From positions 72,788,001-72,852,000 of the forward strand of contig NC_092347.1 of the NCBI RefSeq assembly GCF_963676685.1: a stretch of DNA of 64,000 nucleotides, given 5' to 3'. Below are positions 25,415-40,400 of the stretch, one piece after another. Below the pieces are notes generated by a model, which searched no databases, was not told where the DNA came from, and saw only the letters and a list, made by a program, of their open reading frames with translations. Each line of letters opens with the position of its first letter. Positions within the stretch are counted from its first letter, which is position 1. The position numbers and the translations under genes are program-made. The DNA is from Mytilus edulis (Eukaryota).

Positions 25415-28400
25415 CTGAAATCATGAGGATATTTGTTATCATCATTTGATCATGAGACAAATCAAGAATTAAATTTCGTAGTATCTTTTTTCAATTTTGT
25501 TTTGTTGGTTTTGGTTGCTTTTCTAAATATTTGTTTGTTTGGTTTTTTTTTTCCTTTTGTTTTTATGTTTTACGTTTATTTTTGGTTTTATTTGGGGAGG
25601 AAATTACATTTTAATTCAAACTTGACATGAATAAACAACATCCCCTAAACTACAGAACCCTGACTTCGATTTAATGTGTTTGTGATCACTTAACCATCAT
25701 CTAACCATATAACTAGTAGTATAATACAACATAACTACAGGCTCTTGAGAGCGTGTGTCGCTCATTTGGTTCTGTGAGCAATACAGAGCACACTCTTTAA
25801 CATTGTAGACGAGAAATGATCCCATGACAAAAAATCTCTATTTTGTTGATTTTGTATTACTGATCTTTTAGTCTGTTTAGTTTAAACTAAACAAACTAAA
25901 AGTTCAGTAATACAAAATCAATATATATCTTAATGTTGATTGTGACCGAGTTTGGTTTCGGTACTTTTAAATAATTTGTTGTTGCTAAAGATAACAAAAA
26001 TTTACAAACAATTGTCAAAAAATAATTATGAAGCGCAATAACCAATGAAGGAGTCAATTCAACAATTTGGTCAAGTTGACTTATTTGTAGATCTTACTTT
26101 GCTGAACAATTTTGCTGTTTACAGTTTATCTCTATGAATTATAATATTTAAGATAACCAAAAACTACAAATTTCCTAAAAATTACCAATCCTGACGCAGC
26201 AACTTATCAACAGGTTATCTAACTGGTTCGACTGAAATTTATAGGACATATAGATTTTGACCAAATGAACTTTTTCATACATGTCAGTTGGCTGTAAATG
26301 TTTAAGTTTAAGAGATATAAGACAAAAACTGCATTTTACCCCCATGTCAAATTCTTAAATCATAAACGTCTGCAATATCACAAGTAAACGTATCGTCAGG
26401 GTGTAGGATCATATACATGTAAAGCAATATGAATATATTATTCTTTCACATTCTTTTGGTTTCTATAACGGTTCAACTAAAGGTGTTTAAGTTGCATCTT
26501 TTTGGAAAATTAATACTTTTCTATGATGATCTTCGATTATATGGACTTCTCCGTTTTTAATTTGCCATGGAGATCTTTACATCAACTTACTCGGAATCGT
26601 TGATTGGGTAGTTGTCACTATTGACGACGTATATATATCAACACAACCATGTACATTATCACATCTAAAAAACAATATACTGTTATACATTTTTGATGAA
26701 TAATTTGTTAATCAAAAATGAAGGCGCATAATTAAAAAATGAGACAACGCATGGGGACGTTACAACAAATACCAATGTTTCTTGTTAGTCTATCATGCTT
26801 TTATATTAATAGAATCCATTTGAAGGTGGTTTAACCAAAACTACAAGCATGGTATACTACAAAGAAAGTATTCCGTTGCATAACAGGTTCCCTTCAGGTA
26901 GATTGGGTGTCTCCCATAATCAATTGATTGTACAATAACAGAAACATTCGGTTGCTGTAAATAAGTACAAGATACAAATTTAAAAACTGTCTCTGTCAGA
27001 TGTTCATTTATCAAATCTTAACAAACCAACCCTATAAATTAATAATTTGTTGTTTGATTTCTTGATTTCAAACATATTCTTCGTACACTGATTTTACCAA
27101 ACAATCGACATCCTCTTAGGAAACAATTGTGTTCATCTTATCGGCTTGATCCTTTGTTTATATGAAACATTCTTCATACAGGAAGTTCTAAGACTGAATT
27201 AAAAGAAACCATCTCGCCCTACTTTTTAACTTAACATTCTGTTATTAAGATGATGCCATTTCACTAAACTATTCAAAATGCGTTGACCATGATGAATGCA
27301 TCTACCCCGTCGAGATTGAAGGAAATTAGACAACAGATACAATTAAGTATGCGATTTTATTTTTATGCAAGACTTTTTATTTTGCCATTTCCTTTGGGGA
27401 AAAGTTAAATCAAAAAACATACTGAACTCCGAGGAAAATTCAAAAAGAAAGTCCTAAATCAAATGGCAAAATCAATAGCTCAAACATATAAACAAATGGA
27501 TGAAAACTCATATTCCTGGCTTGGTACAGGATAATTTTCCTTGGGGTGATTTTTGTTTGCAATTTTACTGTTTTCAGTATGTATTTTAAATTTTCTTTTT
27601 ATGTATTTCGAAGAACGCAGATGTTTGGGGAAAAAAAATAATTTGGACTCCCTGACTTTTATTAACAAAATAAATATAACCTTTTGTCGTTTACTTTTAT
27701 TGTTTTTCAGTCTTTAATTTCCTTTACATTATGCTACGATAACAATTTGAAATCATGATTAAAAAATTACCTTTGACGAGTATTACATTCACAAACACAA
27801 CGGCAATCATTCCCATACCAGTTTTCAGTGCATGGCTCACAATTAGACCCGTTAGTCAATATAAAGCCAGATGGACATGCTGTAAAATATTATTAAAAAA
27901 TTGTTTAAAATTTCTCATACTTTAACACAAAATTTACACAAATACTTGGTTAGTTTACAATCCGAGAGATGATCACTAATCGCCGTTTACTTGAGCAGAT
28001 ACACAACTTAAAATGCAAACAGCATATTTTTTTATTCAATGGAGAAAAATTCTAATTTCCACAACAAATATCAATAAGTAAAACCTCTGAAGTAAAACTA
28101 CATTAAAAAAATAAAATATATAAAAAATATGAAGCTCCCTAAAAACTCCTCCGACCAAAACCATGGTTAATTCCATCATTTAAAAAGAACATGAAAGGAT
28201 ACAATTGGAGACAATTCAAATGGATATACATGCGATTTAATTGTTGCATAAAACATCGTATTGAAAACGATAAAAGTTTAAACATGATTTAAAAAAAAAC
28301 CATGGCAACACTTATTCGACCAAAATATACAAAAGACATCTGGGTTTCAAAGTTTGAATGGTGACACTTGGCAAATAAATCAATTAAAATACAAAACATT

Positions 28401-31400
28401 TTGCAATGTATAAAGTAGATAAACATATCATTTGCTTCTTCTTTGTGTAAGCGGACGACGGTTCCACCTACCCATCACTCTTAGAAAAGCGAAGGCATAA
28501 CTTTTAACGAAACTGTCTTCACCATTTCTGTCAAATATTATGTTTCCTGTCTCACAACTTATACTACTTGTGTCTTCTGGATACTTCACATTCTTAATGG
28601 TAAGGATTTCTTTATCTGCACTGAGCTGATATTTATGTGAAAAATTGCTATCATCTACAAGTACATAATTTCAAAATCGTTATCATATTAATATTGAAAA
28701 TATCAGGTGCGCAACACAATATTATAAAAATGGAAAAATGCTGCATAATATAACGCACACCTGATACTTTACAGCATCAATGTGCAGCAAAAAAAGCTGC
28801 AATACACTGTGCTTCCTTTTAAAATGTTTCAAACAAAAAGGACTAACAAATTATTGTCTTTATATTAATAGATTTAGATCAGAAATATCCTGGACAATTA
28901 GGAATCGTTACATGTTTACCCATAATTTGTCAATGGTCTGAGACATGTTAAGGGTTGCAGATGAGGTGTTCCCGCTACCAATCTCTAACTACACTGTTGT
29001 TGTGACGTTATCTATTGAGAGTTCAAATAAAAGTATCTATGCAAGCAGACGCTCTTATTTCTTAGCCTTAATGTGTGTTAAATAAGACCACTCTTCGATA
29101 GCTATGTTCTCTTACGGTTGTTTCCTGTTAAATGTATTTTGCATAGTGATATATATCTCGCATCACACTACCCCGAGTGTTACACGAAAAAATGATACGA
29201 AAACTACGTTAATTTGATTGGCATGTCTAGTATAATGAGACGCTATTAAGATATTTTATTGTCAGTTCGGTACGCCATTGATTACTTTCCAACTTGAGAT
29301 TAATACGATAGGCATTTCGTCCATGGCAACGGATATATGTGATTTTTTTCAATTATAAACAAAACATTCATACTCTTCGTCATGGTATCTTAAATTTTTG
29401 TCTTCATATTTTGAAGTGTAAATAATTTTGCAAATTATGAACACCTGATATTAAGATATTTGTCCTTCAACGCTGATCTTTACCATTTTTTATACACTTC
29501 TAAAATGGTTTTCAAAATACAATTAAGGTAATCTAGCTATTCATAGAGTCGGAATTCCTTAGTAATTAGGACAATTCAATTTTTGTAAACAGTTTATTTA
29601 TGAATACCAATTCGTCTTTTAATTTCGATAATAAACTTGAAACGATAATGGATTTAGACAAAATGATAAACAAAATGATCAACAAGGTAGTTTTAGTACT
29701 TGTAGTTTCGTTTGGGATGGCATCTTGTCAAAACAGGTGTACTCAAAGGAAGGGATAACTGATAATTACGTAGCATTTTACTATCAAATGTTTAATTGTA
29801 AGATGACTAATAGGAAACAATTGCAGACACTATACGAGATATAGAGCAGATGTAAATAGCAAACATTTTCAACATGATAAGATCCACAACTTAATATGAC
29901 AGTACTTGCAAATTTATTCCATATATGAGCTAGTGTCATTGAATGCTGATTTTAAACCATTTTTTGTCGGGAATTATAACAAAAAGGCAATATAATAGCA
30001 ATTTGAATGCATGACATTAAAGAGTTGTTTTCATTATATTTTTTTAGTGTATTGAATTGGCGGGGGGGGGGGGGGAGGTAAAAAAAAACTCACATTGTTC
30101 ATAAAACAATTCTTTTCCATTTATTCTCCAAATAGGTTCTGAAGGAGTTTTTTCATCAGGAAGGGATTCCATTTTGCACTTAAACACAGCATTTTGACCA
30201 TCCGGGATAACTTGGGATTTAAGTGTCTCACCTTCTTGAAAAATTGGTTTGGCTAATTGATATAAAAGATTACTTTTTAATAAACTGAATTATACAAAAT
30301 CGAATTTTTGCTTTTCATGTCGGTTCTTTTACGTCGTTGTCTTTTAATCAGTCGGCTTTGAGCGTTCCTGATGAAGAAAAGCGCGTCGGACACATGCAAC
30401 TTATAACGTTTTGTTTTCATTCTTTTATTTTAAAAAAACATAGCCGTTTTCGAAAGAGACTTTTTTTGCCGAGTACGTATTAATTAATGAGTGATATCTG
30501 TTGGTCATATATTTATTAACCACGACTTTAACATCTCGGCTTTGATGTAATAAAAAAACGCGGTTTGCGCGTAGTTAATATAGTAAGGATAATTTCATTT
30601 AATAGTGCTTGTTGTTCAACATCGACATACGACTGAATTAATACAAGAACGATACATTCCATCTTCGCTGGCCAAGGGGTTACGATCCACTCCCGTTCTC
30701 ACTTGTTTTTTCGCGTTGCTTCTGTGTAAAAGAAAGTTGTTTGTCGATATTTACGTATATTTTTTTTTATTTGTAAATGATTTTCTCATGTATTTTTTCA
30801 TTCTGTAGCTGATTTTTTTCGTTAAATACCTGTAATATTTTTTTATAGCACGAACTAATTTAGATCCCAGTACAATCACTGATAATGAATACTTACATGT
30901 TACATTGAGATATATACGAGCGTGGACAGCACCCATTACGTTTATGGCACTGCAAACGTAAGTTCCTTCATCGGATACATTTAAATGTTTTATTCTCAGG
31001 TTTCTCCTGACACTAGGATCAGTGAATTGGTATTTGCTACTTGGTTGAATTTGTTGATTGGAGCCAGACAAATGCCATTCAATATCTGGAAGGGGACTAC
31101 CATGAAATGAAAGTATAGAAACAACTGTGTTATTGTTAAATGTTGGACATTTGTTCAGAGGAATAGATTAATAAATTTGAAAAAGGCAAAGTAGAAAAAA
31201 TACAAATGAAATTCTATTAAGAGCAACACAGAAATGTGAACTACGGAAAACGGAGATGTTGCTGTGACGTTGCTCACGATGTTATTACATGTTCCTCAGC
31301 TATAGATTGTAATAAAAATAAATACGTAGACTGGTTAGTTCGATAAAAATATTGTGATGTCTGTCATTAGAATGACTTAAAAATAAAGAAAAATAAAACC

Positions 31401-34400
31401 AAAATTTGATATACAAAAGTTTTTAACACCTTAATATCCCATTTTTCTCATAAACGTAATGGCCAACGTTACAATTCGTGTTCAAAAGATCTGAGTTCCG
31501 TTTTTGTATAACATATTTTCATAATAATTAGATAACCTCAGTCAAAGATTCCAGTTAGCCATTCTCATCACTTACAAACATTTCTCATCTGATTTCTGTC
31601 CTAATAGGGACTAAACTTGGCAATAGTTTAATTTACTGTACACCTTTTTTTGATATTCGTCCGATGTTCCCGTATGTCTATCAGCTTTGATGACAAGGCT
31701 AGTCAGCAGTGTTAAAAAAAACATACTGATACATGAGTTTCGTCTCTAATCTTGAAAATCGCTTTAGATAGAGAAAACCAGACCAGATAAGAAAATATAA
31801 CAATAAAAATGTTTTCAGACGACCATACTCATTATTTAGTCTACCACTTTGAAAACAATACTAGTAAAAAAGAATTTTAAAGTTCAAAAAATTTTCACCT
31901 AGTCAAATAGATGAAATCGATTGTCAACTTCAAGGAGTTATTGCTACTACATTTAGATGTTGCTTTTTCAGGTTTTATGGACTTTCCCTTTTTTTGTTCG
32001 TTATTTTCGTCATTTACCATTACATTAAATGCGTTAGATGAGGCTGGATAAGTACAATGTAGTTATTTAAGGTGGTATGGGTGTCTTACTCCATCTTGGA
32101 TTGTAAAAAAACGGGAAACAAAGGTCCAGATTTTCTTTCAAGTTAGCAAAATTTGATGCAGGAATGCAGATATTAAATGTGAATTTTCATTGAAAAGAAC
32201 CAATTTATAAGAATACAACTTATAAATATTAATACTTTTGCAAATATTCATTATTTTTTGTTGTTTATAAAAAAAAAATTGGCATTTTAAGGGGAGGTAA
32301 CTCTAAAACAGTGCATTTTCTGAAGGATTCTACATGGAATTTTCCTATTTTGAATTTTAGCCGGAAAAAACATACGGTGACCCTATCTTTTCTTTTGATA
32401 TTCTCAAAGCATTGTTTGAAAGCTATCTTTTGCTTAAGCATTTAACAATTCTATCATTTTGTTTAGTTTTTAATCCCAAAATGGTGTTTTTTCCTGTATA
32501 AACCATACAAAATGTGTCATTTTGTCACGTCCTGTAGCTTGAAAAAATGCGCAGTGACCTATCATTTTTATTATATTTTTCAACATATATCAATAGATAC
32601 TACGTTTTGGCGAAGTATGAACAAATTCTATTATTTTTATTTTAGACTCCCATACCACCTTAAATGTGGGCAAACATCATTCATTAACTACTTGTTGTTA
32701 GTTTTGAACTAGCTTTCATTAACTGCTAGTTCTCTTAAATTAATACTTTGTGTTCTTCCTGTTAAAGTTATTTGTTTTTTGTCGTTTCGATCTGACGTTT
32801 CCTTTTACAAAAAAAAATATGTTTGATCTGATGGTATGCTATTACAACACCGTTTATGTAAATTAAAATGTAAGCGCTTGGCAATATCTAAAACCCGGAC
32901 ACTATTGGTACTATCTGTTATGTTTTAATAATTTATTGTCTGATCATTTTTAGGGTGGTGAATTTTTAACGTTTGATATAGTAATGTCAGCGTTTTTCAA
33001 AGCTCTCTTTTCCTACTTACGTGAGGAAAGATTTTTCATTGAAAATCATACCACATCTTCGTATATTAGTTAAAGTTAAACTTACAATCCGGAGAAAATG
33101 CACTGTAGTTCAGCATCTCCCCCAAGTAAACCCTTAACATCCTGTGAGAAAAGTAGTTGTGGTTTAAAAGTGTTACGGTTGATATCTGAAATAATATTCA
33201 CAAATATAAGTATGCGCTTCCGTATATACTCAGAATAAAATGGTTACAGGTCTTACAGATTAGTACACTAATGGTATAAAAATATCACAGAAAACATCTG
33301 TTTAGGCTTTAACAAACTTTCAGTAATTGCGAGTACTCCGCGTGCAGGATTGTCTTCTGTGATAACTGCTAGAGCAGGATTGTCTTGCTGTGTTGAAGAC
33401 CCATTGCTGGTCTTGTGATGTTTTCTTTCGTTTGGTTGTTGTCTCATTCCATATTCCAATCTCAGTTTTCTTGGGATGGTTAATTGAAAAAAAAGAATGA
33501 AAGAAAGAAAGCAACATATAGCTTTATAGCTTTAACAAGTTAATTCCGTGTGGTTGAAGACTTTGAAAAAGAAATAAAATGGTTATTTCAATTGATACGA
33601 TATTCACGTGCTTGCATTTCCTATCATGATTTTCTAGATAGAAGGTTGCTGCTCACAAGGAAGCTATTAAACCAAGAGTTCCGAATGGTGAAGTTAAAAT
33701 CATCCCTTCGTTAATTTTACGGACGCCACCACGAGTTGGTTGACCGTTATGGAATAACTGTTTCATAAATGATATCGGATATATTCCTTACGTCGTAACT
33801 ACAATCCCTTTCCCATTCATGAATATGACGCACCGAATTAGACTATTTGCCGGATTTGTTATCACATAATTAAGCAACACGACGGGTGCCACATGTGGAG
33901 CAGGATCTGCTTACCCTTCCGGAGCACCTGAGATCACCCCTAGTTTTTGGTGGGGTTCGTGTTGTTTATTCTTTAGTTTTCTATGTTGTGTCATGTGTAC
34001 TATTGTATTTCTGTTTGTCTTTTTCATTTTTAGCCATGGCGTTGTCAGTTTATTTTAGATTTATGAGTTTGACTGTCCCTTTGGTATCTTTCGTCCCTCT
34101 TTCATAGTCTGGCACTCTTTATAGCTTATGTTTTATTAACAAACATCAACTATGATCCATTTCTATAAGGTAAAGTTGAGCTCAGATGCATTTTGATATT
34201 AATTGAAGGTCCTGTTTTATCATGATACTCTTTGAATATTTGGATACTTATAGTTTTTATACATTATTCTTTCAAATTTTGGAATTTGGGCTCCAAAAAA
34301 AAGTAAATCACCATGAAAAGTGCTTCTTACGCATTTACTCCGCTAATGGCCAAAAACAACAGCCATTTCTCTGCTGGTGATGTGTCGCGTCCTGAAACTA

Positions 34401-37400
34401 TTTAGTATGCCACATACAAACATCAACAGTCTGCTTTTCACAAATTTTATAGTGATGTTTTCATTTGGAAAGGAAAAAAAGCAAAGACAAAGAGAAAAGT
34501 AATATGAACCCAAGTGTCGTAGAACGGATTTGGAAAGAAAAAGAGGACCTACATATCATCGGGGTTGATAAGGTTTCAACACGCAATACACATGATACAC
34601 ATATTTTGATTTTGATTCATCACTGTGATATAGAGGGATATAGCAGGCCCTCATAAAATTGACAAGAGGTTTCCAATCAATATTTAATAGTTTTGGTGAA
34701 TTGATAAGGAACTCATATGCAGTTGTCGAGTTTGATTGTTTTTCATTTGTTATTTTTTAACATAATTTCATTGCGACAATTATAATTGTAAATAACCTAC
34801 TTTTTACTTGTTACGCAAAGTAGGGCTAGCTGTAATACATTACCTTTGAGGATTGTCATAATTACATTGCTGCCTTTGTAAAATGCTCTCATTAGTTCAT
34901 TGTTTATCCCACAAGCGTAAGGGGTAGCTGCTGTAGATCCATCTTCCAGGTCAACGTACAAAAAATGTAGAGTACCTATTCAACATACAACGTTTTAATT
35001 GAAAAGTTTGGCCATTAAGTTTTGGACGAGTGTCAATAGAAAATAACTATCCATCAATCAAATGACAGAGATGTGAACAATTACTTTCAATATATTAATA
35101 TATTTAAAGTGTAATTAACACTTACTCGTGGACAAAAAAAGGTTTGACAATATTATTATTATTTATAAAATTTGGGAAAGTGTCAAAGAGACGACAACCC
35201 GCCCAAAGAGAAGACAACAGCCGAAGGCCACCAATTGGTCTGCAATGCAGCAAGAAACTTCTGTACACGGAGGCTTACTCTAGCTGGCCCCTAAACAACT
35301 ATGTATGTTAGTTCAATGATAATGGACGTAATTTTAAACTCCGAAATATATACAAGAAACTAAGATTGAAAAGGATACAAGACTAACAAAAGCCACATGT
35401 TCCTGACTTGGGACAGGCGCAAAAATGCGAGGGGAGGGGTGTTAAACATGTTTTTTGAGATCTCAATCCTCCCCTATACATCTAGTCAATGTTGAAAACA
35501 CAAACACACAACAATACCCACAGTAAAACTCAGTTTAGAAGAAGCCCGAGTCCTATGTCAGAACATGTAACAAAAGAAACAAAACAAAATGACAATGATA
35601 CATAAATTAACAAAGGACTACTAGCATTTACTAGCATGCCAGTTCCAGACTTCAATAAAATTGATTGAAAGATTATGACTTCATTATCTGAATATAAAGC
35701 ACAATCCCTCCTGTTAGTGGTTTAGTGTCATAAAATATATAAAAACAACCTAACCCGTATCATGACAACAACTGGTTTTAGAATAAATGTGTTTATTTCC
35801 GATGCAAAGACTCTGAAAGTGAATATTAAAGCCAAAGTATGCAATCTTTAATGACCTGAAAACAGTGTCGTAACTATATCCCTTCTTTAAAAGACTCTTT
35901 AAAGGTTTTGTTAGCTTTTGAGGTGAATGCCGTCAAATGAAGTCATTTTGAACTGAACCCTGCGGACAGATATTTTAACTTCTCTGACATTATATTTAAC
36001 AAATGTAAGTGCTTATGGTATCTGATAAAAAGACAAACCGATGAAAAGTCATATGGAACATTTTAGAATAGTTTCCGTCGTTTCTATTTGTTAATGTAAC
36101 TTTGTCATAACAGTTAATATATGATAAGGTGTATCAAAATTTTCATCCAGAATCAATTAATAAAATTGAAAATGGAAATGTGGAATGTGCCAAAGAGACA
36201 ACAACTCGATTAAACAGCCGAAGGCCGCCAACGGGTCTTCAACACAACAAGAAAATTCCGCACCAGGAGACGTGCTTCAACTGGCCTCTAAACAAAAAGG
36301 GTTACTTGTTTAATGATAATGGACGTCATACTAAACTACGAAATATATAAATGAACTAAAATTAAAATTCATACAAGAATAACAACGGACAGAGGCTGCT
36401 GAATTGGAACAAGTGCAAAAAACTGCTGCGGGGGCGGGTTAAAAAGTGTTTTTAGATCTCAAGCGCTCACCCTATACCTCTAGCCAATGTAGAAAAATAC
36501 ATCAATAACACTATTAAACTAAAGTGTTTTTTGTTTGTTTTTGTTTTATTACTGTTTAACAGTTGCGGTACTGAAGCTTAATGTCACTGCAAATACGGAA
36601 AAGCTATCGGTGAGTTAGAGTACGGGAAGACAATAAGTCAATTACAGTACATTTCTATAGATTTTGATAAAATAAAGGATTGTCCTTGAAAAGAAAGTAC
36701 AAGTCCAGCTGTTGTAAATTAAAGCTGGCAAAGTATAAAAAAAACGTATTCAACGAGGTGTTTTTCAAATATAACGAATACATGTAATATGCGACAAAAC
36801 CAGGTTCAACCCACAAAATGACCTGTATCAAGTCAGGAGAATAGCCATTGTTATATTATAGTTCGTTTCTGTGTGTGTTACATTTTAATGTTGTGTTTCT
36901 GTTGTGTCGTAGTTCTCTTATATTTGAAGCGTTTCCCTCAGTTTAAGTTTGTAACCCGGATCGGGTTTTTTATCAATCGATTTAGGAATTTCAAACAGCG
37001 GTATACTACTGTTGCCTTTATTTAACATTTGTTTGCCCTATTGATTACTGTATCTCAGTAATACATAACACTAAGCATTTCCAATGAACAACGTAATTCG
37101 GATCAAGATCAGATGAAATTTGACAGTCGAACATGAACACTTTATTATCTTTACAAACATTAACATTTTTGTTTATTGCTTTAAACTGGGCGATAATCGA
37201 GTTCATATGATGTCTAATGCAAACATATGCATGTCAAATTTCCTAAAATGGATATAATCAATCTTGCATTGTTGTCCATTCTTCAAAAATTACAAAAATA
37301 AATGGACGCAATAATTTCGGAATTTACAAAATCTGACATACGGACTTGATAACGAACATTGAACTTGACCATTGATCCATAACAGATGTGTAGACCTAGC

Positions 37401-40400
37401 AATAAAGACATTTAGGAAATATCCGCTTCACTAATGATAGCGGATATGTTCCTTATGTTTTAACAACAATCTCATTCCCTTTTCACGAATGTGACCTATC
37501 GACTTAAAATTATTACCGGATTTGTACTAACATGAGCACCATAACGAATGCCACATGTGGAGCAGAATCAGCATTCCCTTCAAGAGCTTCTAAGATCAAC
37601 CCCAGTTTTTGATGTGGGTCGTGTTGCTTAATTAGTCTTTATTTATCTTTGTTGTGTTTTGTGTACTTTTTTTTGTCTTTTTCTTATCTAATCTAGACAG
37701 GGCGTTGTCAGTTTATTTTCGTTTTATGCGTTTGAATGTCCCTCTGTTATCTTTCGCTCCTCTTTTATCAATAAAGTTAGATTAGAAACCCATACCAAGT
37801 AAGTATTTCACAATTTATTGTATGGCCTGATGACTTATAAGAATTTACCCTTTTTATCAATAGCTATTCGTTCAGTTTCACGAATAGTATTACTGGTTCC
37901 ATCCCCTAACTTCCATTCAACCCTACACTCGTCATCTGGTTCACATCTTCGTTTACCCGTACATGGTATAGACACATTCCTATACTGGTGTACATTTGGT
38001 AATGTCCTTTCAACTGAGTTGCTAAAACTTGAAATAACTAGAAAAAAAGAGGTACAAAGTGGTTGCTCGGTAAAATCCACGAAATCAACAAGGTTTTTCT
38101 TGTGGTTTAGTTTTTTTTTATTTAGAAACAAACTAGTATATGTATACCGCATCAGTAAATGCTTACCAATGAAAAGCTAACTTAATATCAGTTACATGTT
38201 GAAAAGATTACCCTGGGGGAAAAGTAAAAGCACACACTGAACTCCGGGGAAATTCAAAACGGAAAGTCCCTTCTCAAATGGCAAAATCAAAAGGTCAAAC
38301 ACATCAAACGAATTGATAGCAACTGTCATATTCTTGACTTGGTACAGACACCCATGCCTTCATAGAACATGTCAGCTAAAGTCGAACAATTTTTAGTTGT
38401 GTTACATGTATAAATTTGTCTAGTCGAACTTGGAGGATGGGTTGTATAAATTGATTCCTTGTATTCGGTGTGTTTCTCGCTTTCTGCACGTGGACTTGCA
38501 AAAAACTCTTTTATGATTGGCTTGTTGACAGGGTAAATGTATGCCGATCTCCAAAATGTCCTTGTTCTCAGTTTAAGTTCTTATTTCCCGGGTTTCACCC
38601 CATTTTTTTCTTTCTTGAGGAATCAACCTAATAATGAATTATTTTTTAACGGATTCTAGTCCTGAATATGCTTCAAATAATTTAGCAAAAACATGCCAGT
38701 TTCAAGTTTCAAATGCGCGTTTACTGGTATGCAAAAGGATCAAAAACCATAGAATTAAAACAGTAAAAATTCTAAATAAAGTACATAGAACAAGCCTGTC
38801 TCCTTTCATCTGAATAGGGTATGGCAAAAAATGTTTTGTTTTCTTAAAGCTCAAACATGAAACACTATATAATTATAGTCAAAGCCTCAATCTAAACATT
38901 CGAAAGCCATAGACGTATAAATACTTGAACTTGAATATTGTACGTGGTAAAATAACTTAACGGGACCAAAAGAAACTGGTCAAGAATTATGGCGCATGCG
39001 AATATAACAAAAAGGGAAATTCGTTTGATATTTTCATTTTATTTTAGACCACAGATGCTTAAAAATAAAAAAGTGAACTAAACGAACAGTTTTCCTTTAT
39101 AACAAAAAATGAACATGATAAAAAAATTAAACCATATTCAACATTTACAAAGCAAGTACAGGCTAATGAATCAGTGGTTAGTAGATGTAAAACATTTGTC
39201 TTAAAATAATTTGTCTGCTTCGCTCTCTTCCACTTCTAGACAGTTCATTACATAATCCCACCAAATTAATCAGAATCGTAATCAAATGGTAACGTATTAT
39301 TTATAACTTTCTTGATTTAACCGCGATAGGCATGTCTTTAAAATGTGATATTTGACAAACCTAATATTCAAAATTATTTGTCACTCAGATTAAAAGATTA
39401 TAACTACAACAATTTAATTCTAAAAGAATTCCAAAAAAGACAATTTACATGTAAAATAAACATACCTGCTCTTTTTATCTTAAACGCTGCAGAGGCTGCT
39501 GTTCCATATTTGTTTGTGGCAAAACACTGATAGGTACCGAAGTCACGTATTGACGGTTTGGTTATTGTCAGTTGTCCTGTGTTTTGATTCAATGAAGTCT
39601 GTAGGCTATCAGAGAGTACTTTACCGTTTAGGGTCCATTGAAATCTGTAATATAAATATAACACCGTGTATATAATGTTTTGCGTGCATAGATTTATCCT
39701 GAATTGACATCCCATGTCGTTTTGATTTTATATATTTTCCTTCATTGTAAACGGCGTTATTCATACTTAAAGACTATGCGAGACGGCTGTAATGAAAGTA
39801 AAAAAATATGAACCACATTTTTGAGGGAAGCGTTTTCGCGGTGTAAAAGAATATATCATCTTGAACAGCAATCATGTTATTTTTGTATTTATCAATCAAG
39901 TTAATATACATTTGTACATTTATTTATAAGAATGAGTTTTCCTTAACTTCATTGTTGAACAATCAAGTAGAGACACATGAAATTGATTTACTGGATAAGA
40001 ACTACATGATTTTGTAGTTATGTACATTCCATGATATATCACTAAATATATTACATTATTATACTTTTTAAACTCATTTGTGAATGTAGACCAACTGAAT
40101 CTTACTGTACAAAACGATAAAAACAAACTTACTTAGGTGCCGGGTTACCAGATGAACTACATTGGAAGGTCTTTGGTGTATCATCTTCTTCTTTCGTGTA
40201 GTAGGATTCTTCAAAATAACTTGTGATCAGAGGTGGCTCCTCGTCTGAAATAAGTGAATATTTAATAACTGTATTTTTAAACGTGGTTCTTAAAGCTGCA
40301 GGGAGTTCATTTTTTTTTAATGTGATAAATATAAAGCTGATTCCCTGATTAAAAATCCGCTGATAGAACTATTTCTTCTGTTTTCTCCAATTGATTCTTA

